Shown: piece after piece, positions 1-9,761 of the stretch | Numbering within the stretch: position 1 is the stretch's first letter | Layout: the number at the start of each line of letters is the position of its first letter | NCBI GenBank assembly: GCA_966211955.1 | Contig: CBIHOF010000002.1 | Location: 91,581 to 155,580, forward strand | Direction: 5' to 3' | DNA: 64,000 nucleotides | DNA from: an uncultured Comamonadaceae bacterium | GTDB taxonomy: Bacteria > Pseudomonadota > Gammaproteobacteria > Burkholderiales > Burkholderiaceae_C | Notes under the pieces: generated by a model | The model's input: only the letters and a program-made list of their open reading frames with translations | Told to the model about the DNA's origin: nothing | The model's database searches: none | Program-made: the position numbers and the translations under genes

Positions 1-960
1 CAGCGACGACCGGTGTGCTTCGAGGCACTCGGCTTTGAGGAACTCCATGCGAATGTCCACGCCATAGCCCGCGCGTACTTCCTCGTTGGCGATGCCGCCG
101 CCGAGCCGGCAGGCCGCTTCGCACAGCAGGAGCTGTCCGGCTTCGGTGCGAAACACCTCGACATGGAATAGCCCGTTGCGAGGCATCGGAAGCGCGTTCT
201 CAAGAATGCTGCAGGTGAAGTCCACCATGCGCAGCCGCCATGGGTCACTGTCCCCGAGCATCTTGAGGCCGAGGAAGTTGCCGTGCAGAAATTCGAAGCA
301 GGTGGTGACGTTCTCGACGATGGAGATGACCACGCACTTGCCGTCGAGATACAGGCCATTGGCGGTCAGCATCCGGCCCGGGATGCAGGCTTCTGACAAC
401 GGGCTGTCGCCGCGGCCGACGGCGCCGGACGCGAGGTAGGTCTCGAGTTCCGACTCGTCGTGAAGGATCTGGACGCCGGCCGACCCGCGTCCGTCCAGCG
501 GCTTGACGACAAAAGGGTAGCCGACGGTGTCCACGAAATCGAGCACCTCCAGCGCGTTGCGCGTCAGGCGGAAGTCGGGGACAGCGACGCCCTTGCTGCG
601 CGCAAGCTTCTTCATCTCGTACTTGTCGCGGAAGAAGTTGGCGTCATGCGCCGAGAGCCCAGCGATCCCGAAGCGTTCGCGCAGCCGGGCCGCACGCAAG
701 ACATCGATCTCGGCGAGCGGCACGACATTCTGGAACGGGTGCACTGCATGGAGGTCGGCCGCGCGCTTTTCCACGAGGTCGTTGTCGTTAAAGCCATCGA
801 AGAACTCGATGGCACGAAACGCGCCGGCCAGGTGCTCGCTCAGCCGCGCCCTGTCGGCGGAATCGGTGAACAAGGTCGCGGTGCCTCCGGTGGCATCGGC
901 CCACTCCCTGGCGGAGTGCTGAAAGAGAATTTTCGGCGGGGCAAACAGCAGTACGTTCAT
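1..960 (-). CDS. ATP-grasp domain ligase (partial, C-terminus beyond left edge)
   Basis: Absent from the ORF track because it has no stop in the window. Manual translation from ATG 960 (RBS GGAAGGA) gives MNVLLFAPPK...FRDKYEMKKLARSKGVAVPDF...GYPFVVKPLDGRGSAGV...FHVEVF...LCEAACRLGGG, which are ATP-grasp motifs. Confidence 0.85.
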   Translation of the reverse strand, partial: MNVLLFAPPKILFQHSAREWADATGGTATLFTDSADRARLSEHLAGAFRAIEFFDGFNDNDLVEKRAADLHAVHPFQNVVPLAEIDVLRAARLRERFGIAGLSAHDANFFRDKYEMKKLARSKGVAVPDFRLTRNALEVLDFVDTVGYPFVVKPLDGRGSAGVQILHDESELETYLASGAVGRGDSPLSEACIPGRMLTANGLYLDGKCVVISIVENVTTCFEFLHGNFLGLKMLGDSDPWRLRMVDFTCSILENALPMPRNGLFHVEVFRTEAGQLLLCEAACRLGGGIANEEVRAGYGVDIRMEFLKAECLEAHRSSL

Positions 961-1018
961 GGTTCCTTCCCTGTTGGTTTCCACCTGCACGGTGGTGTGT
1001 GTTGGCGTGATGCCAAAC

Positions 1019-2584
1019 TCATGTCATCGCCTGGCCGCTTGCCTTGTCGGCAATGCCGTGAAGCGCAAGGGTGCTGGACGCGATGGCCCGCGCGATGCGG
1101 TGCGCATGCTTGACGTTCAGTTCAAGCACGCTCGTGAAAAAGTAGGTGCCGCTCGTCAAGGTGCCGATCGCGTAGAAGTGAGGATGCTTGCCGCCATTGC
1201 CGTCGATAACCGATGCATCGTCGAAGGAGACGTCGATCCCACCCAGCGGATGCTGCCGGATCACTTTGTCGGCCAGCATCTGCCGCAGCAGCCGCGACTC
1301 GATGCGCTCGAGGTCGTCGGTCGATCCGGTGGCGTTGACCACGAAGTCGGCCTTCATTGCGTCATGGGTGTCACGGGTGCTGATGGAAAACGATTTGGTT
1401 GTCTCGCATGCGCTGACGTTCGTGATGGAGCGGACGACCTCGAGTTGTCCGCCTTCGATGAGCGCCAGAAGTCTTCTTGCGCTTTGCTCCGGCATGCCGA
1501 CTCTCAAGGACATCCACTTGCTTTGCATCACTGTGCGGAAGAACTTTCGTTCGCGCTGCGGCAGCCGATGCCACAGGATCTCCACCGCGACGTTCATCGC
1601 GCTCAGGACCGACTGCCAGGCACGCTGCTCCTTGCCGCCGGCCGACGTAAGCTCATGGCGCAGGTAGCTGGATGCGTCCCGTGGGCGCCTGAACCACTGA
1701 TGAATCTTGCCTGGCGATCCTGTGAGCCGGCCCACCTCCGAGGCAATGAGGTCGCGGATCTTGCGTAAAGACGTCGGTGCGGGTCGTGCCCTCAGCTCGC
1801 GACCGACGCCTTCCCAGAACTGCCGCGGGCTGTCGTCCACCTGGGTGGATTTGACGCTTGGCAGCATGCCGCTGCGAGAGCAGATGTACAGGCGCCCTTG
1901 ATGGCCGGCGGCCGACAAGGCAATCGCCGCGTCGACTGCGCTCAGGCGCGAACCGAGGATGGCAACCGTGGCCTGCGCCGGGATGCAACGAGTGAGCCGG
2001 GAGGCTGGGTAAGGTGAAGGGAGGTAGCGATCCCGGCCGGAAAGTCCCGGGTAGTGGTCTACCGTGTGGTTGCCGATGGCGAGGACCGCGTGCTGGGCAG
2101 TCAACATCGAGCCCGAAGCGCAACACACCGAATATGCCCCAAGGCGTGGATGCAACGAGGTCACCTCGTCGCACAACAAGTCCACCTGGATCTTCTTGCG
2201 CTGTGCTGCCGCCTGAGCCGCTTTGAGCAGGGAGGCCACGTGACGGCCGAACAGTCGGCGCGGCACGTAGTCGTCTTGCAGGCCCGCATCGAAGCGAAGC
2301 TGCGGAAAGTCTCTTCGCAAGGTGTCCGCGTTGTCCAGGCACCATTCATGGAAACGGCGCTCTTCACCGTGAATCGCGGACATCGTGGACGCTACGCGAT
2401 TGAGCAGTTGATCCTGGTTGTCCTCGCTGTAGGCTTGGCCCGGACCGATGTCGGGCGACCTGTCGAACATGACGATTCGTACCGGCGTCGCCCCCGTCAA
2501 CTCGTGGACAAGGTGATGGAGCGTCGCGACGCCAACGGCACCGCCGCCGATGATGGCAACGGTCACGGGGGAGGCGGAACCCAT
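1019..2584 (-). CDS. FAD/NAD(P)-binding oxidoreductase (NAD_binding_9-type flavoprotein, possible N-hydroxylase)
   Basis: VAIIGGGAVG dinucleotide motif, GPGQAY..LLN..A..MS, YVPRRLFG, second motif ILGSRLSAVD, VVNATG. ATG 2584 overlaps the upstream stop (TGATG). Confidence 0.8.
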   Translation of the reverse strand: MGSASPVTVAIIGGGAVGVATLHHLVHELTGATPVRIVMFDRSPDIGPGQAYSEDNQDQLLNRVASTMSAIHGEERRFHEWCLDNADTLRRDFPQLRFDAGLQDDYVPRRLFGRHVASLLKAAQAAAQRKKIQVDLLCDEVTSLHPRLGAYSVCCASGSMLTAQHAVLAIGNHTVDHYPGLSGRDRYLPSPYPASRLTRCIPAQATVAILGSRLSAVDAAIALSAAGHQGRLYICSRSGMLPSVKSTQVDDSPRQFWEGVGRELRARPAPTSLRKIRDLIASEVGRLTGSPGKIHQWFRRPRDASSYLRHELTSAGGKEQRAWQSVLSAMNVAVEILWHRLPQRERKFFRTVMQSKWMSLRVGMPEQSARRLLALIEGGQLEVVRSITNVSACETTKSFSISTRDTHDAMKADFVVNATGSTDDLERIESRLLRQMLADKVIRQHPLGGIDVSFDDASVIDGNGGKHPHFYAIGTLTSGTYFFTSVLELNVKHAHRIARAIASSTLALHGIADKASGQAMT

Positions 2585-3615
2585 CAATGCCTGCGCAGAA
2601 GAAAGCGGGCCGAGGTCATTCCGACGTGCTGGCCGACGTGGTTCCTGACCTCGCGTCGCGCCCACTTGGCGAGGGACGTCTGCTCGGGCTGCGACACGAT
2701 GCCCAGCTGTCGAAGGACTTCGATGGCCGCCATGATCTGCACCCAGCGATTGCCGTCCGACACCTTGACCGCGATCCCGATGCCCGCGCTGCGGATGCCG
2801 ATGGCCTGGATGCTGCCTGCACCGATCTTGGAGATGATCTCGCCGGGGCGTGAATTCATGAGATCGACGTCGTTGCGATGCTGGCCGCTGCCGAGGTAGG
2901 GGTGCGCAAGGATCGAGTGGGACAACTCACCGAGCACCCCTTCGCCGCGTGCCAACTTGGCATATCCCAGGGCGAGGCTGCGCAGTGGAATTCCGAAACT
3001 CGGCGCGGAGCAGTTGTCCGAGCCGGCCGGCATGGAATCAAGAGGCACTTCGCAAGTACGCGACACCGCCCGAGCGATCGCCTGCTGAAGAGGGTGCGAT
3101 AGCGCCACGTAGTTGTCCATGTCGGCGCCGTGCAGCCGGCACCACCCGAGAAAGCCGGCGTGCTTGCCAGAACATGTGTTGTGAACCTGCGTCACAACGA
3201 GGTCCGCCGGCGCCGCCATCCTTTGCCAGCTGTAGAAGTTGGGGGTATGGCATCCGCATCGCAATGCTGACTCTTCGCAGCCTGCACGATCGAGCATTCG
3301 CTGCACGACGGCCACGTGGCAGGCCTCACCGTTGTGGCTTGCACACAGCAAGGCGACGGCTTCGCTGTCGAAACCCAGAGCCGCAGGGCCATCCGACTCC
3401 ATGAATGGAATTGCCTGGAAGACCTTCAGCGCTGAACGCGGGAACACCACGGTCGCGGGGTCTCCCACGCTGTGGAGCAAGCGCCCGGTGGCGTCGACCA
3501 CCGCAACGGCGCCATGGTGGACGCTGTCGACGAGGCCATCGGTCTCGCCAGGCATGTGTCGCGTGGACACCACCAGCGGCTCATAAGGCGAAGCAATCCG
3601 AGGTCGATCTTTCAC
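2584..3615 (-). CDS. L-asparaginase II family (Rhizobium etli AnsA-type) amidohydrolase
   Basis: Motifs RSALK, ASHNGE, CSGKH, DNCSAP and SKIGA match the class 3 asparaginase Ser-Lys tandems and the Cys/Lys/Cys zinc site. Confidence 0.85.
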   Translation of the reverse strand: MKDRPRIASPYEPLVVSTRHMPGETDGLVDSVHHGAVAVVDATGRLLHSVGDPATVVFPRSALKVFQAIPFMESDGPAALGFDSEAVALLCASHNGEACHVAVVQRMLDRAGCEESALRCGCHTPNFYSWQRMAAPADLVVTQVHNTCSGKHAGFLGWCRLHGADMDNYVALSHPLQQAIARAVSRTCEVPLDSMPAGSDNCSAPSFGIPLRSLALGYAKLARGEGVLGELSHSILAHPYLGSGQHRNDVDLMNSRPGEIISKIGAGSIQAIGIRSAGIGIAVKVSDGNRWVQIMAAIEVLRQLGIVSQPEQTSLAKWARREVRNHVGQHVGMTSARFLLRRH

Positions 3616-3662
3616 GGCCTGGTGTCCTTGTTGTTGTCATGCCTCGCCCGTGCGACCCTTTC

Positions 3663-3677
3663 GCAAAGGCTCGGCCA
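3663..3677 (-). promoter_or_regulatory. putative sigma54 -24/-12 promoter
   Basis: Minus strand TGGCCGAGCCTTTGC with correct GG-N10-GC spacing, about 50 bp upstream of the asparaginase-like start. Confidence 0.4.
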
Positions 3678-3967
3678 TCTCCCTGCGCCTTTCGTGCGGC
3701 GTCATTCGCGCGCCGACATCGAACAGCGTTGCTCATCTGTTGAGCGGGCGCAGTCTAGCCGTGGCGTGCGCTTCCGTGTCACCGCAACGATGTAATAAAG
3801 CGTGCTCGACGAATGTCAGCGAGATTTCACATGGACGATGTATGCGTGTGCGATCCATCGAGAGTGAATCGCGTGGGCGGTAAGGGATACCGGCCTCGCG
3901 CATCCAAATGTGTTGGGCCCCAGGCGGGCTGGCGCTCACAAAAACACACAGCACCAAAACCGATCCG

Positions 3968-3994
3968 GCAAAGTGGTCTAAGCCACTTTGCTCG
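3968..3994. promoter_or_regulatory. palindromic putative transcription-factor site (copy A)
   Basis: GCAAAGTGG-TCTAAG-CCACTTTGC is a perfect 9-bp inverted repeat; a near-identical sequence recurs at 25035-25073. Confidence 0.55.
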
Positions 3995-4299
3995 ATGGCA
4001 ATCGACGTGCCCGCACCCATGAAAAGTGCGATCGACGTCAACGCATCATTCGAAGAAGCGGCGTGCCTTGCAGCCCTGCTTCTGATTTGCAGAGGTGCTT
4101 GCAACCGAACGTCTTGCAACCGGTTTCTTCACCTCGGTGCCGACCGCACCTCGGGTGGGTTATCGCGCTCTCATTTCGGGCCAAGGGTCTTCAGTTGTTT
4201 CGACCCTTTGGCGTGCGTGATGAGTCCAAACGCAACGCAATGGCGCATGCGTGATTCGACTTGGCGCAAACGTCACGACTTGCCAACCATTCATTGGAT

Positions 4300-4314
4300 T
4301 GGCCCAAATGTTGC
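4300..4314 (+). promoter_or_regulatory. putative sigma54 -24/-12 promoter of left EPS operon
   Basis: TGGCCCAAATGTTGC with correct spacing, about 50 bp upstream of ATG 4364. Confidence 0.5.
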
Positions 4315-4363
4315 GTCGCAGCAAGCGACTGAACACATGCCGCAAAGGCAAGGGAGATGGTTC

Positions 4364-5041
4364 ATGAACGCTGCAAGTTTTGTAGCGGGCGCTCGCATGA
4401 ACGCGCCCGCATCCCGATCGACAGACCCTTCGCGCGACCTGCTGATGTTGCGCATCAACCAGGCGGTGGCGCTCGCGCTGCTGCTGCTGCTCAGCCCGGT
4501 GATGCTCGTCATCACCTTCCTCATCTGGCGCCGGGACGGAGCGCCGGTCCTCTTCGCGCACTACCGCGTGGGCCAAGGCGGCAAGCTCTTTCGCTGCATG
4601 AAGTTCCGCTCGATGCTGCGCAATTCCGAGCAGGTGCTGGCCGATCTGTTGGCCACTGATGAAAACGCGCGTGAGGAATGGGCGCGCGATCAGAAGCTCA
4701 CCAACGATCCGCGCATCACCGGCGTCGGCCACTTCCTGCGCAAGAGCAGCCTCGATGAGCTGCCTCAGCTGCTCAACGTGCTGCGTGGCGAGATGGCCCT
4801 TGTCGGCCCGCGGCCCGTCACCGTGGGCGAACTCACCCGCTACGGCAAGGTGCGTTGGCATTACCTGAGCGTGCGCCCTGGCATCACGGGCCTGTGGCAA
4901 GTGAGCGGGCGAAACAACACGACGTATGAAGAGCGCGTCGCGCTGGATCGCCGCTACGTCGAGCAGAAGTCACTCTGGATGGACGTGGGCATTCTTTTCA
5001 GGACCGTGAAGGTGGTGGTGGCGCGGGAAGGGGCACGCTGA
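4364..5041 (+). CDS. priming sugar transferase (undecaprenyl-phosphate hexose phosphotransferase, ExoY-like short form)
   Basis: KFRSM, DPRITGVGHFLRKSSLDELPQLLNVLRGEMALVGPRP, PGITGLWQVSGR. One N-terminal TM helix; RBS AGGGAGA before ATG 4364. Confidence 0.92.
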   Translation: MNAASFVAGARMNAPASRSTDPSRDLLMLRINQAVALALLLLLSPVMLVITFLIWRRDGAPVLFAHYRVGQGGKLFRCMKFRSMLRNSEQVLADLLATDENAREEWARDQKLTNDPRITGVGHFLRKSSLDELPQLLNVLRGEMALVGPRPVTVGELTRYGKVRWHYLSVRPGITGLWQVSGRNNTTYEERVALDRRYVEQKSLWMDVGILFRTVKVVVAREGAR

Positions 5042-6246
5042 TGTCCGCCGCAGTACCGTTGGGAAGCCAGCACATGCGCTGGACAGATTCCGATGCCGGC
5101 CGCGTGGTGCACGTGGTCGGCTGTGTCACTGATGAGGTGTTCTCTTTTCTCGGTCCGGCCACGAATGCGCTCGCGCGCTCGGGCCTGGAGCAATCGGTGG
5201 TGATGATCGACGACACGCGCTATCGCCACCATGTGGTGAGCCTGCACGAGTCGGCCGAGCTCATCCTCACGCCGCGCGAGCGCAACCCGGTGCGCCAATG
5301 GCAGGCGGTGCTCAACGCATTTCGCGCGACCGCCTCGGGCGAACAATTGCGTGCGGTGCACCTGCACGGCATCCTGCCTTGCCTGGTCGGTGCGATTGCG
5401 ATGCGAACCTCCGGTGTCAAGGCGCCGATCTTCTATTCGCCGCACGGCTCGCGCTCGATGGGCCGCTTCAAGCCCATGGGCCAGTTGCTCTTGTGGCTGC
5501 TGCAGCCCGTGCTGCGGCCCGGGCGCAGTGCGGCCATCGTGAACGTCACTCGCGAGAAGGACGCGTTCAACAAGTGGAAAACGGTGGAGCTGGTCGAGAG
5601 CCCGGCCAGCGAAGTCTTCCTGCAGATGCCGCGCCATGAGTCGCGGCATCCCCTGGTCGTCACCGGCGGGCGCGCGCAGAGCGTGCGCAGCGCCGAGCTG
5701 ATGGCGCAGCTCGCGGTGCTCCTGGGTGACGAGGCGCTGCGCATCAGCTTCAACTGGATCGGCCGCGTCGACGAGGTCTCGCGCATGCGGCTGAACGCCG
5801 CCAACGTGAGCGTGTTCGAGGTGGCCAATGCCGAGGAATGCGCGACGCGCCTGTCCTCCGGCTGGATCTACGTCGCGCCCGGAGGCACGCGAGGGTTCCC
5901 GGTATTTCTCGTCGAGGCCATGGCCGCGGGCCTGCCTTGCGTCGCCATCGACAGCCCGCAACACCGCGAGGTGATCCGGGACGGCGAGAACGGTTTCCTG
6001 TGCGAGAGCGAACGCGAGCTGATCGGCTGCATCGCCACGCTCATCGACAGCCCGACGTTGCGCCAGCGCATCGGCAACGCCGCGCGCGCCGAAGCCCGCG
6101 AGCGCTTCGGACAGCAGGTCTTCAGCGACAAGCTGCTGGCGGCGTATTCGCTGGCCGATGCGTCGGCCGAACTCGAAGCGCCCGATGCCCCCAACCCTCT
6201 CGGCAAGCCTGACCTGCCCCAGATTTCCGGAAACCCCGCCACATGA
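5041..6246 (+). CDS. glycosyltransferase family 4-like (GT-B)
   Basis: C-terminal [18 protein letters not shown]...[16 protein letters not shown] coupling to the upstream gene. Confidence 0.75.
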   Translation: MSAAVPLGSQHMRWTDSDAGRVVHVVGCVTDEVFSFLGPATNALARSGLEQSVVMIDDTRYRHHVVSLHESAELILTPRERNPVRQWQAVLNAFRATASGEQLRAVHLHGILPCLVGAIAMRTSGVKAPIFYSPHGSRSMGRFKPMGQLLLWLLQPVLRPGRSAAIVNVTREKDAFNKWKTVELVESPASEVFLQMPRHESRHPLVVTGGRAQSVRSAELMAQLAVLLGDEALRISFNWIGRVDEVSRMRLNAANVSVFEVANAEECATRLSSGWIYVAPGGTRGFPVFLVEAMAAGLPCVAIDSPQHREVIRDGENGFLCESERELIGCIATLIDSPTLRQRIGNAARAEARERFGQQVFSDKLLAAYSLADASAELEAPDAPNPLGKPDLPQISGNPAT

Positions 6247-7571
6247 AAGTCACCGTCATCGGAAGCGGCTACGTCGGCCTCGTCACGGGCGCCTGCCTGT
6301 CGGACATGGGCAACGACGTGCTCTGCCTGGACCTCGACGAGCGCAAGATCGCGATGCTCAAGGACGGCAAGATTCCCATCTACGAACCGGGCCTTCAAGA
6401 GGTGGTGCGCCGCAACGTGGAGGCCGGCCGCCTTCACTTCACCACCGACGTGCCGGCCGCCGTGCAACACGGCACGCTGCAGTTCATCGGCGTGGGCACG
6501 CCGCCCGACGAAGACGGCTCGGCCGACCTGCAGTACGTGCTGGCCGCTGCCCGCAGCATCGGCCGCCACATGACCGACTACAAGGTCGTCATCGACAAGA
6601 GCACGGTGCCGGTGGGCACGGCCGCGAAGGTCAAGGCGGCGATCGCCGATGAGCTCGCCGCGCGGGGCGTGGCACTGGATTTCGCCGTCGTCTCCAACCC
6701 CGAGTTCCTGAAGGAAGGCGCGGCGGTGGAAGACTTCATGCGCCCCGACCGCGTGGTGGTGGGTGCCGACGACGAGCGTGCCGTGCTGCTCATGCGCGCG
6801 CTGTACGCGCCCTTCACCCGCAACCGCGACCGCCTGCTGGTGATGGACGTGCCGAGCGCGGAGTTCACGAAGTACGCGGCCAACGCAATGCTCGCCACGC
6901 GCATCAGCTTCATGAACGAGCTGGCCCTGCTGGCCGAACGCGTGGGCGCCGACATCGAGCTCGTGCGCCAGGGCATCGGCAGCGACCCGCGCATCGGCAC
7001 GCAGTTTCTCTACGCCGGTGCGGGCTACGGCGGCTCGTGCTTCCCGAAGGACGTGAAGGCCCTGGTGCGCGCGGCGAAAGACAGCGGAATCACCTTGCAG
7101 GTGCTGACCTCGGTGGAGGCCGCCAATGAGCGGCAGAAGCTCGTGCTCGTGGACAAGGTCGTCGAGCGCTTCGGCGAAGACCTCACCGGTCGGCAGTTCG
7201 CGCTGTGGGGGCTGGCCTTCAAGCCCAACACCGACGACATGCGCGAGGCACCCAGCCGCGTCATCATCGAAGAGCTGCTGCGCCGCGGCGCGAACGTGCT
7301 GGCCTACGACCCGGTCGCCATCCACGAGGCAAGACGTGTGCTCGGGGATCTGCCCGGCCTGCGCTTCGCCAGCGATCAGGCGGCCGCCTTGCAAGGCAGC
7401 GATGCGCTGCTGATCGTCACCGAGTGGCGGCAGTTCAAGAGCCCGGATTTCGAGCAGATCCGCGCGACGCTCAAGCAGCCGGTGGTCATCGACGGCCGCA
7501 ACCTCTATGACCCGGTGCACATGAAGCAGATGGGCATCGAGTACCGCGGCATCGGCCGCGCGGCGCAGTGA
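6243..7571 (+). CDS. ugd: UDP-glucose 6-dehydrogenase
   Basis: [58 protein letters not shown]. Confidence 0.96.
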   Translation: MKVTVIGSGYVGLVTGACLSDMGNDVLCLDLDERKIAMLKDGKIPIYEPGLQEVVRRNVEAGRLHFTTDVPAAVQHGTLQFIGVGTPPDEDGSADLQYVLAAARSIGRHMTDYKVVIDKSTVPVGTAAKVKAAIADELAARGVALDFAVVSNPEFLKEGAAVEDFMRPDRVVVGADDERAVLLMRALYAPFTRNRDRLLVMDVPSAEFTKYAANAMLATRISFMNELALLAERVGADIELVRQGIGSDPRIGTQFLYAGAGYGGSCFPKDVKALVRAAKDSGITLQVLTSVEAANERQKLVLVDKVVERFGEDLTGRQFALWGLAFKPNTDDMREAPSRVIIEELLRRGANVLAYDPVAIHEARRVLGDLPGLRFASDQAAALQGSDALLIVTEWRQFKSPDFEQIRATLKQPVVIDGRNLYDPVHMKQMGIEYRGIGRAAQ

Positions 7572-7584
7572 GGAAGGCCGGCCC

Positions 7585-8640
7585 ATGAGACCCGAGCCGA
7601 TCCGGCTGCTGACGCTGGACGCGATGCGCGGCATCGCGGCCATCCTGGTCATGCTCTACCACCTGAACGCCGCAGGCGCCCATGTGTTCAAGAGCGGCTA
7701 CCTCGCGGTGGACTTCTTCTTCGTGCTGAGCGGCTTCGTGCTCGCACGCACCTACGACGCGCGGCTCGCCGCCGGCCTGCCGTTCCGCGAATTCGCGGCG
7801 CTGCGCGTGATCCGGCTGTACCCGTTGATCTTCTTCGGCCTGCTGATCGGCGTCGCGCGCTTCGGCGGGCAGATCGTCATCCACCACCCCGACCGCATGA
7901 CGGTGCCTGACCTGGTGGTGAGCGCGATCTTCGAGATGCTGCTGCTGCCGTCGCCGACCTCCAATTTCATCGCGCCCTTGAACGCGCCGGCATGGTCGCT
8001 GTCCTTCGAGATGGCGGCCAGCCTCGTCTACGCGGCGTGGCTCGTGAAGGCCAAGCCGCGTGCGCTGCTGGCGGTGTGCGGCCTCTGCGGCCTCGGCGTG
8101 GTGTGGGCTGCGGTGCTGCACGGCTCGACCGGCTTCGGCTTCAAGTGGGACGACCTGCACACCGGTGTCGCGCGCGTCGGCTTCTCGTTCACGCTGGGCA
8201 TGCTCATCGCGCGCTCGCACCACAAGCCGGTGGTGAAGAGCCTTTGGGCCTTCGCGCCGATGGCGGTGCTCGGCGCGCTGCTGTGCGTGGACGTGACGGG
8301 CGGTGCACGCCTGGCCTTCGACCTCGCGATGGTGCTGCTGGTGTCGCCGCTCCTCGTGTGGTGGGGCGCGGGCCTCAACCCGCCGGACGCCGGCGCCGTG
8401 GTCTCGCGCTGGCTGGGCGATGTGTCGTACCCGCTGTACGCGGTGCACTTCCCGCTGCTCTTCATGGTGGGCTTCTTCGGCAAGAAGGCCGGCCTGCCGA
8501 CGGAGGTGTGGATGGCGATCTTCGCGGTGGGCATCCTCGTCTTCGCGACGCTGCTCGACCACTTCTATGACCGGCCGGTGCGCCGTGCGATGACGGAGGG
8601 CTTGCGCCGCATCCGCGTGGCGCGGCCGTCGCTCGCCTGA
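7585..8640 (+). CDS. acyltransferase family 3 (membrane O-acyltransferase)
   Basis: LDAMRGIAAILVMLYH, AVDFFFVLSGFVL, WSLSFE, LGDVSYPLYAVH; multi-TM. Confidence 0.9.
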   Translation: MRPEPIRLLTLDAMRGIAAILVMLYHLNAAGAHVFKSGYLAVDFFFVLSGFVLARTYDARLAAGLPFREFAALRVIRLYPLIFFGLLIGVARFGGQIVIHHPDRMTVPDLVVSAIFEMLLLPSPTSNFIAPLNAPAWSLSFEMAASLVYAAWLVKAKPRALLAVCGLCGLGVVWAAVLHGSTGFGFKWDDLHTGVARVGFSFTLGMLIARSHHKPVVKSLWAFAPMAVLGALLCVDVTGGARLAFDLAMVLLVSPLLVWWGAGLNPPDAGAVVSRWLGDVSYPLYAVHFPLLFMVGFFGKKAGLPTEVWMAIFAVGILVFATLLDHFYDRPVRRAMTEGLRRIRVARPSLA

Positions 8641-8645
8641 GTTCG

Positions 8646-9761
8646 ATGGCAAGCCAACAATCGTTCTCGCGCAACGTCAACGGCTTTCGCGGCCTGTGCG
8701 TGCTGCTGGTGTTCCTGCACCACGTCGCGCACTCCGGCCTCGTGCCGGGCGCGGACCCCGAATCTCTTTGGCAGCTCACGCTGCAGGAGCTCTTCATGAG
8801 CTTCGGCTACGGCGTGGAGCTCTTCTTCATGATCAGCGGCTACGTGATCGTGCAGAGCCTGCGCCGCCATTCGAGCGTGCGCGCCTTCCTCTTCGACCGC
8901 GTGCTGCGCATCTTCCCGGTGTGGCTGCCGCTCGCGCTCGTGCTGAGCATTGGTTGCCTGCTCACCGGCAAGATCGGCTTCGTGGCCTCCGAGCCTTCGT
9001 GGTGGTTGCCGGTGACGCTGGCCAACCTCGCCTTGCTGCCGCCTCTCATGCCCTTGCCACTCGTGCATCCGGCTTCCTGGTCCTTGAGCTACGAGTGGCT
9101 TTTCTACATCGCCTGCGCGGGTGTTGCCGTGCTGTGGCGTTCGCCCTCGTCATCGCGCGTGGGCAAGGCGGCGTGGGTCACTGCCGCGGTGCTGCTGATG
9201 TGCGCCATCCCGCGCTCGCTGTTCTTCCTGCCGGGCGTGCTGGTGGCGCTCGCGCCGCAGGTGGTGGCGCCGCTGCAGCGCGCCACGTGGCTGGCGGGTG
9301 CGAGTCTGCTGGTGCTGCTCGCCAGCTGGTTTTCCACTGGCATCTTCGCGGCGCAATTCGGCACGCCGCTGTGGTCGGTGGTGGCCGAAGGGCACGGCCC
9401 GGCGGTGCTCGTCGCACTTCTGGCCGGCACGCACCTCTTTGCCTGCGTCGCCGCACCCGACAACGCCGGGTTGTCCATCCTGCGCACGCGGGCGGCGCAG
9501 CACCTGGGCCGCATCAGCTACAGCTTCTACCTGATGCACCCAGTGGCGATGTCGATCGTCAAGCCCATCGTCGCGCGCACCGTGCCCGAGGGTTGGCCGG
9601 CCACGCTCGTCTTCTTCGCCGCCTCCGCGCTCGTCGCATGGGCGCTCGCCTATGCCTCCTGGGCCTTGCTGGAGCAGCGTTTCGCACGCTGGCTCAAGGC
9701 CCGCCACGCGCCGCGCTCGACCGCCGCACCGGTGGTTCTCGTTCAAGGACACAGTGCATGA
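8646..9761 (+). CDS. acyltransferase family 3
   Basis: NGFRGLCVLLVFLHH, GVELFFMISGYVI, WSLSYEW, LGRISYSFYLMH. Confidence 0.9.
   Translation: MASQQSFSRNVNGFRGLCVLLVFLHHVAHSGLVPGADPESLWQLTLQELFMSFGYGVELFFMISGYVIVQSLRRHSSVRAFLFDRVLRIFPVWLPLALVLSIGCLLTGKIGFVASEPSWWLPVTLANLALLPPLMPLPLVHPASWSLSYEWLFYIACAGVAVLWRSPSSSRVGKAAWVTAAVLLMCAIPRSLFFLPGVLVALAPQVVAPLQRATWLAGASLLVLLASWFSTGIFAAQFGTPLWSVVAEGHGPAVLVALLAGTHLFACVAAPDNAGLSILRTRAAQHLGRISYSFYLMHPVAMSIVKPIVARTVPEGWPATLVFFAASALVAWALAYASWALLEQRFARWLKARHAPRSTAAPVVLVQGHSA

Noticed and set aside
460-1768. Plus-strand ORFs 460-1113 and 959-1768
   Set aside because: Antisense shadows of the ATP-grasp and flavoprotein genes; no recognisable motifs.
3908-4363. 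152-aa N-terminal extension of the sugar transferase ORF
   Set aside because: Spans the promoter region, has no protein-like character, and a good RBS precedes ATG 4364.
5868-7652. 594-aa minus-strand ORF
   Set aside because: Antisense to ugd; typical of high-GC codon bias.
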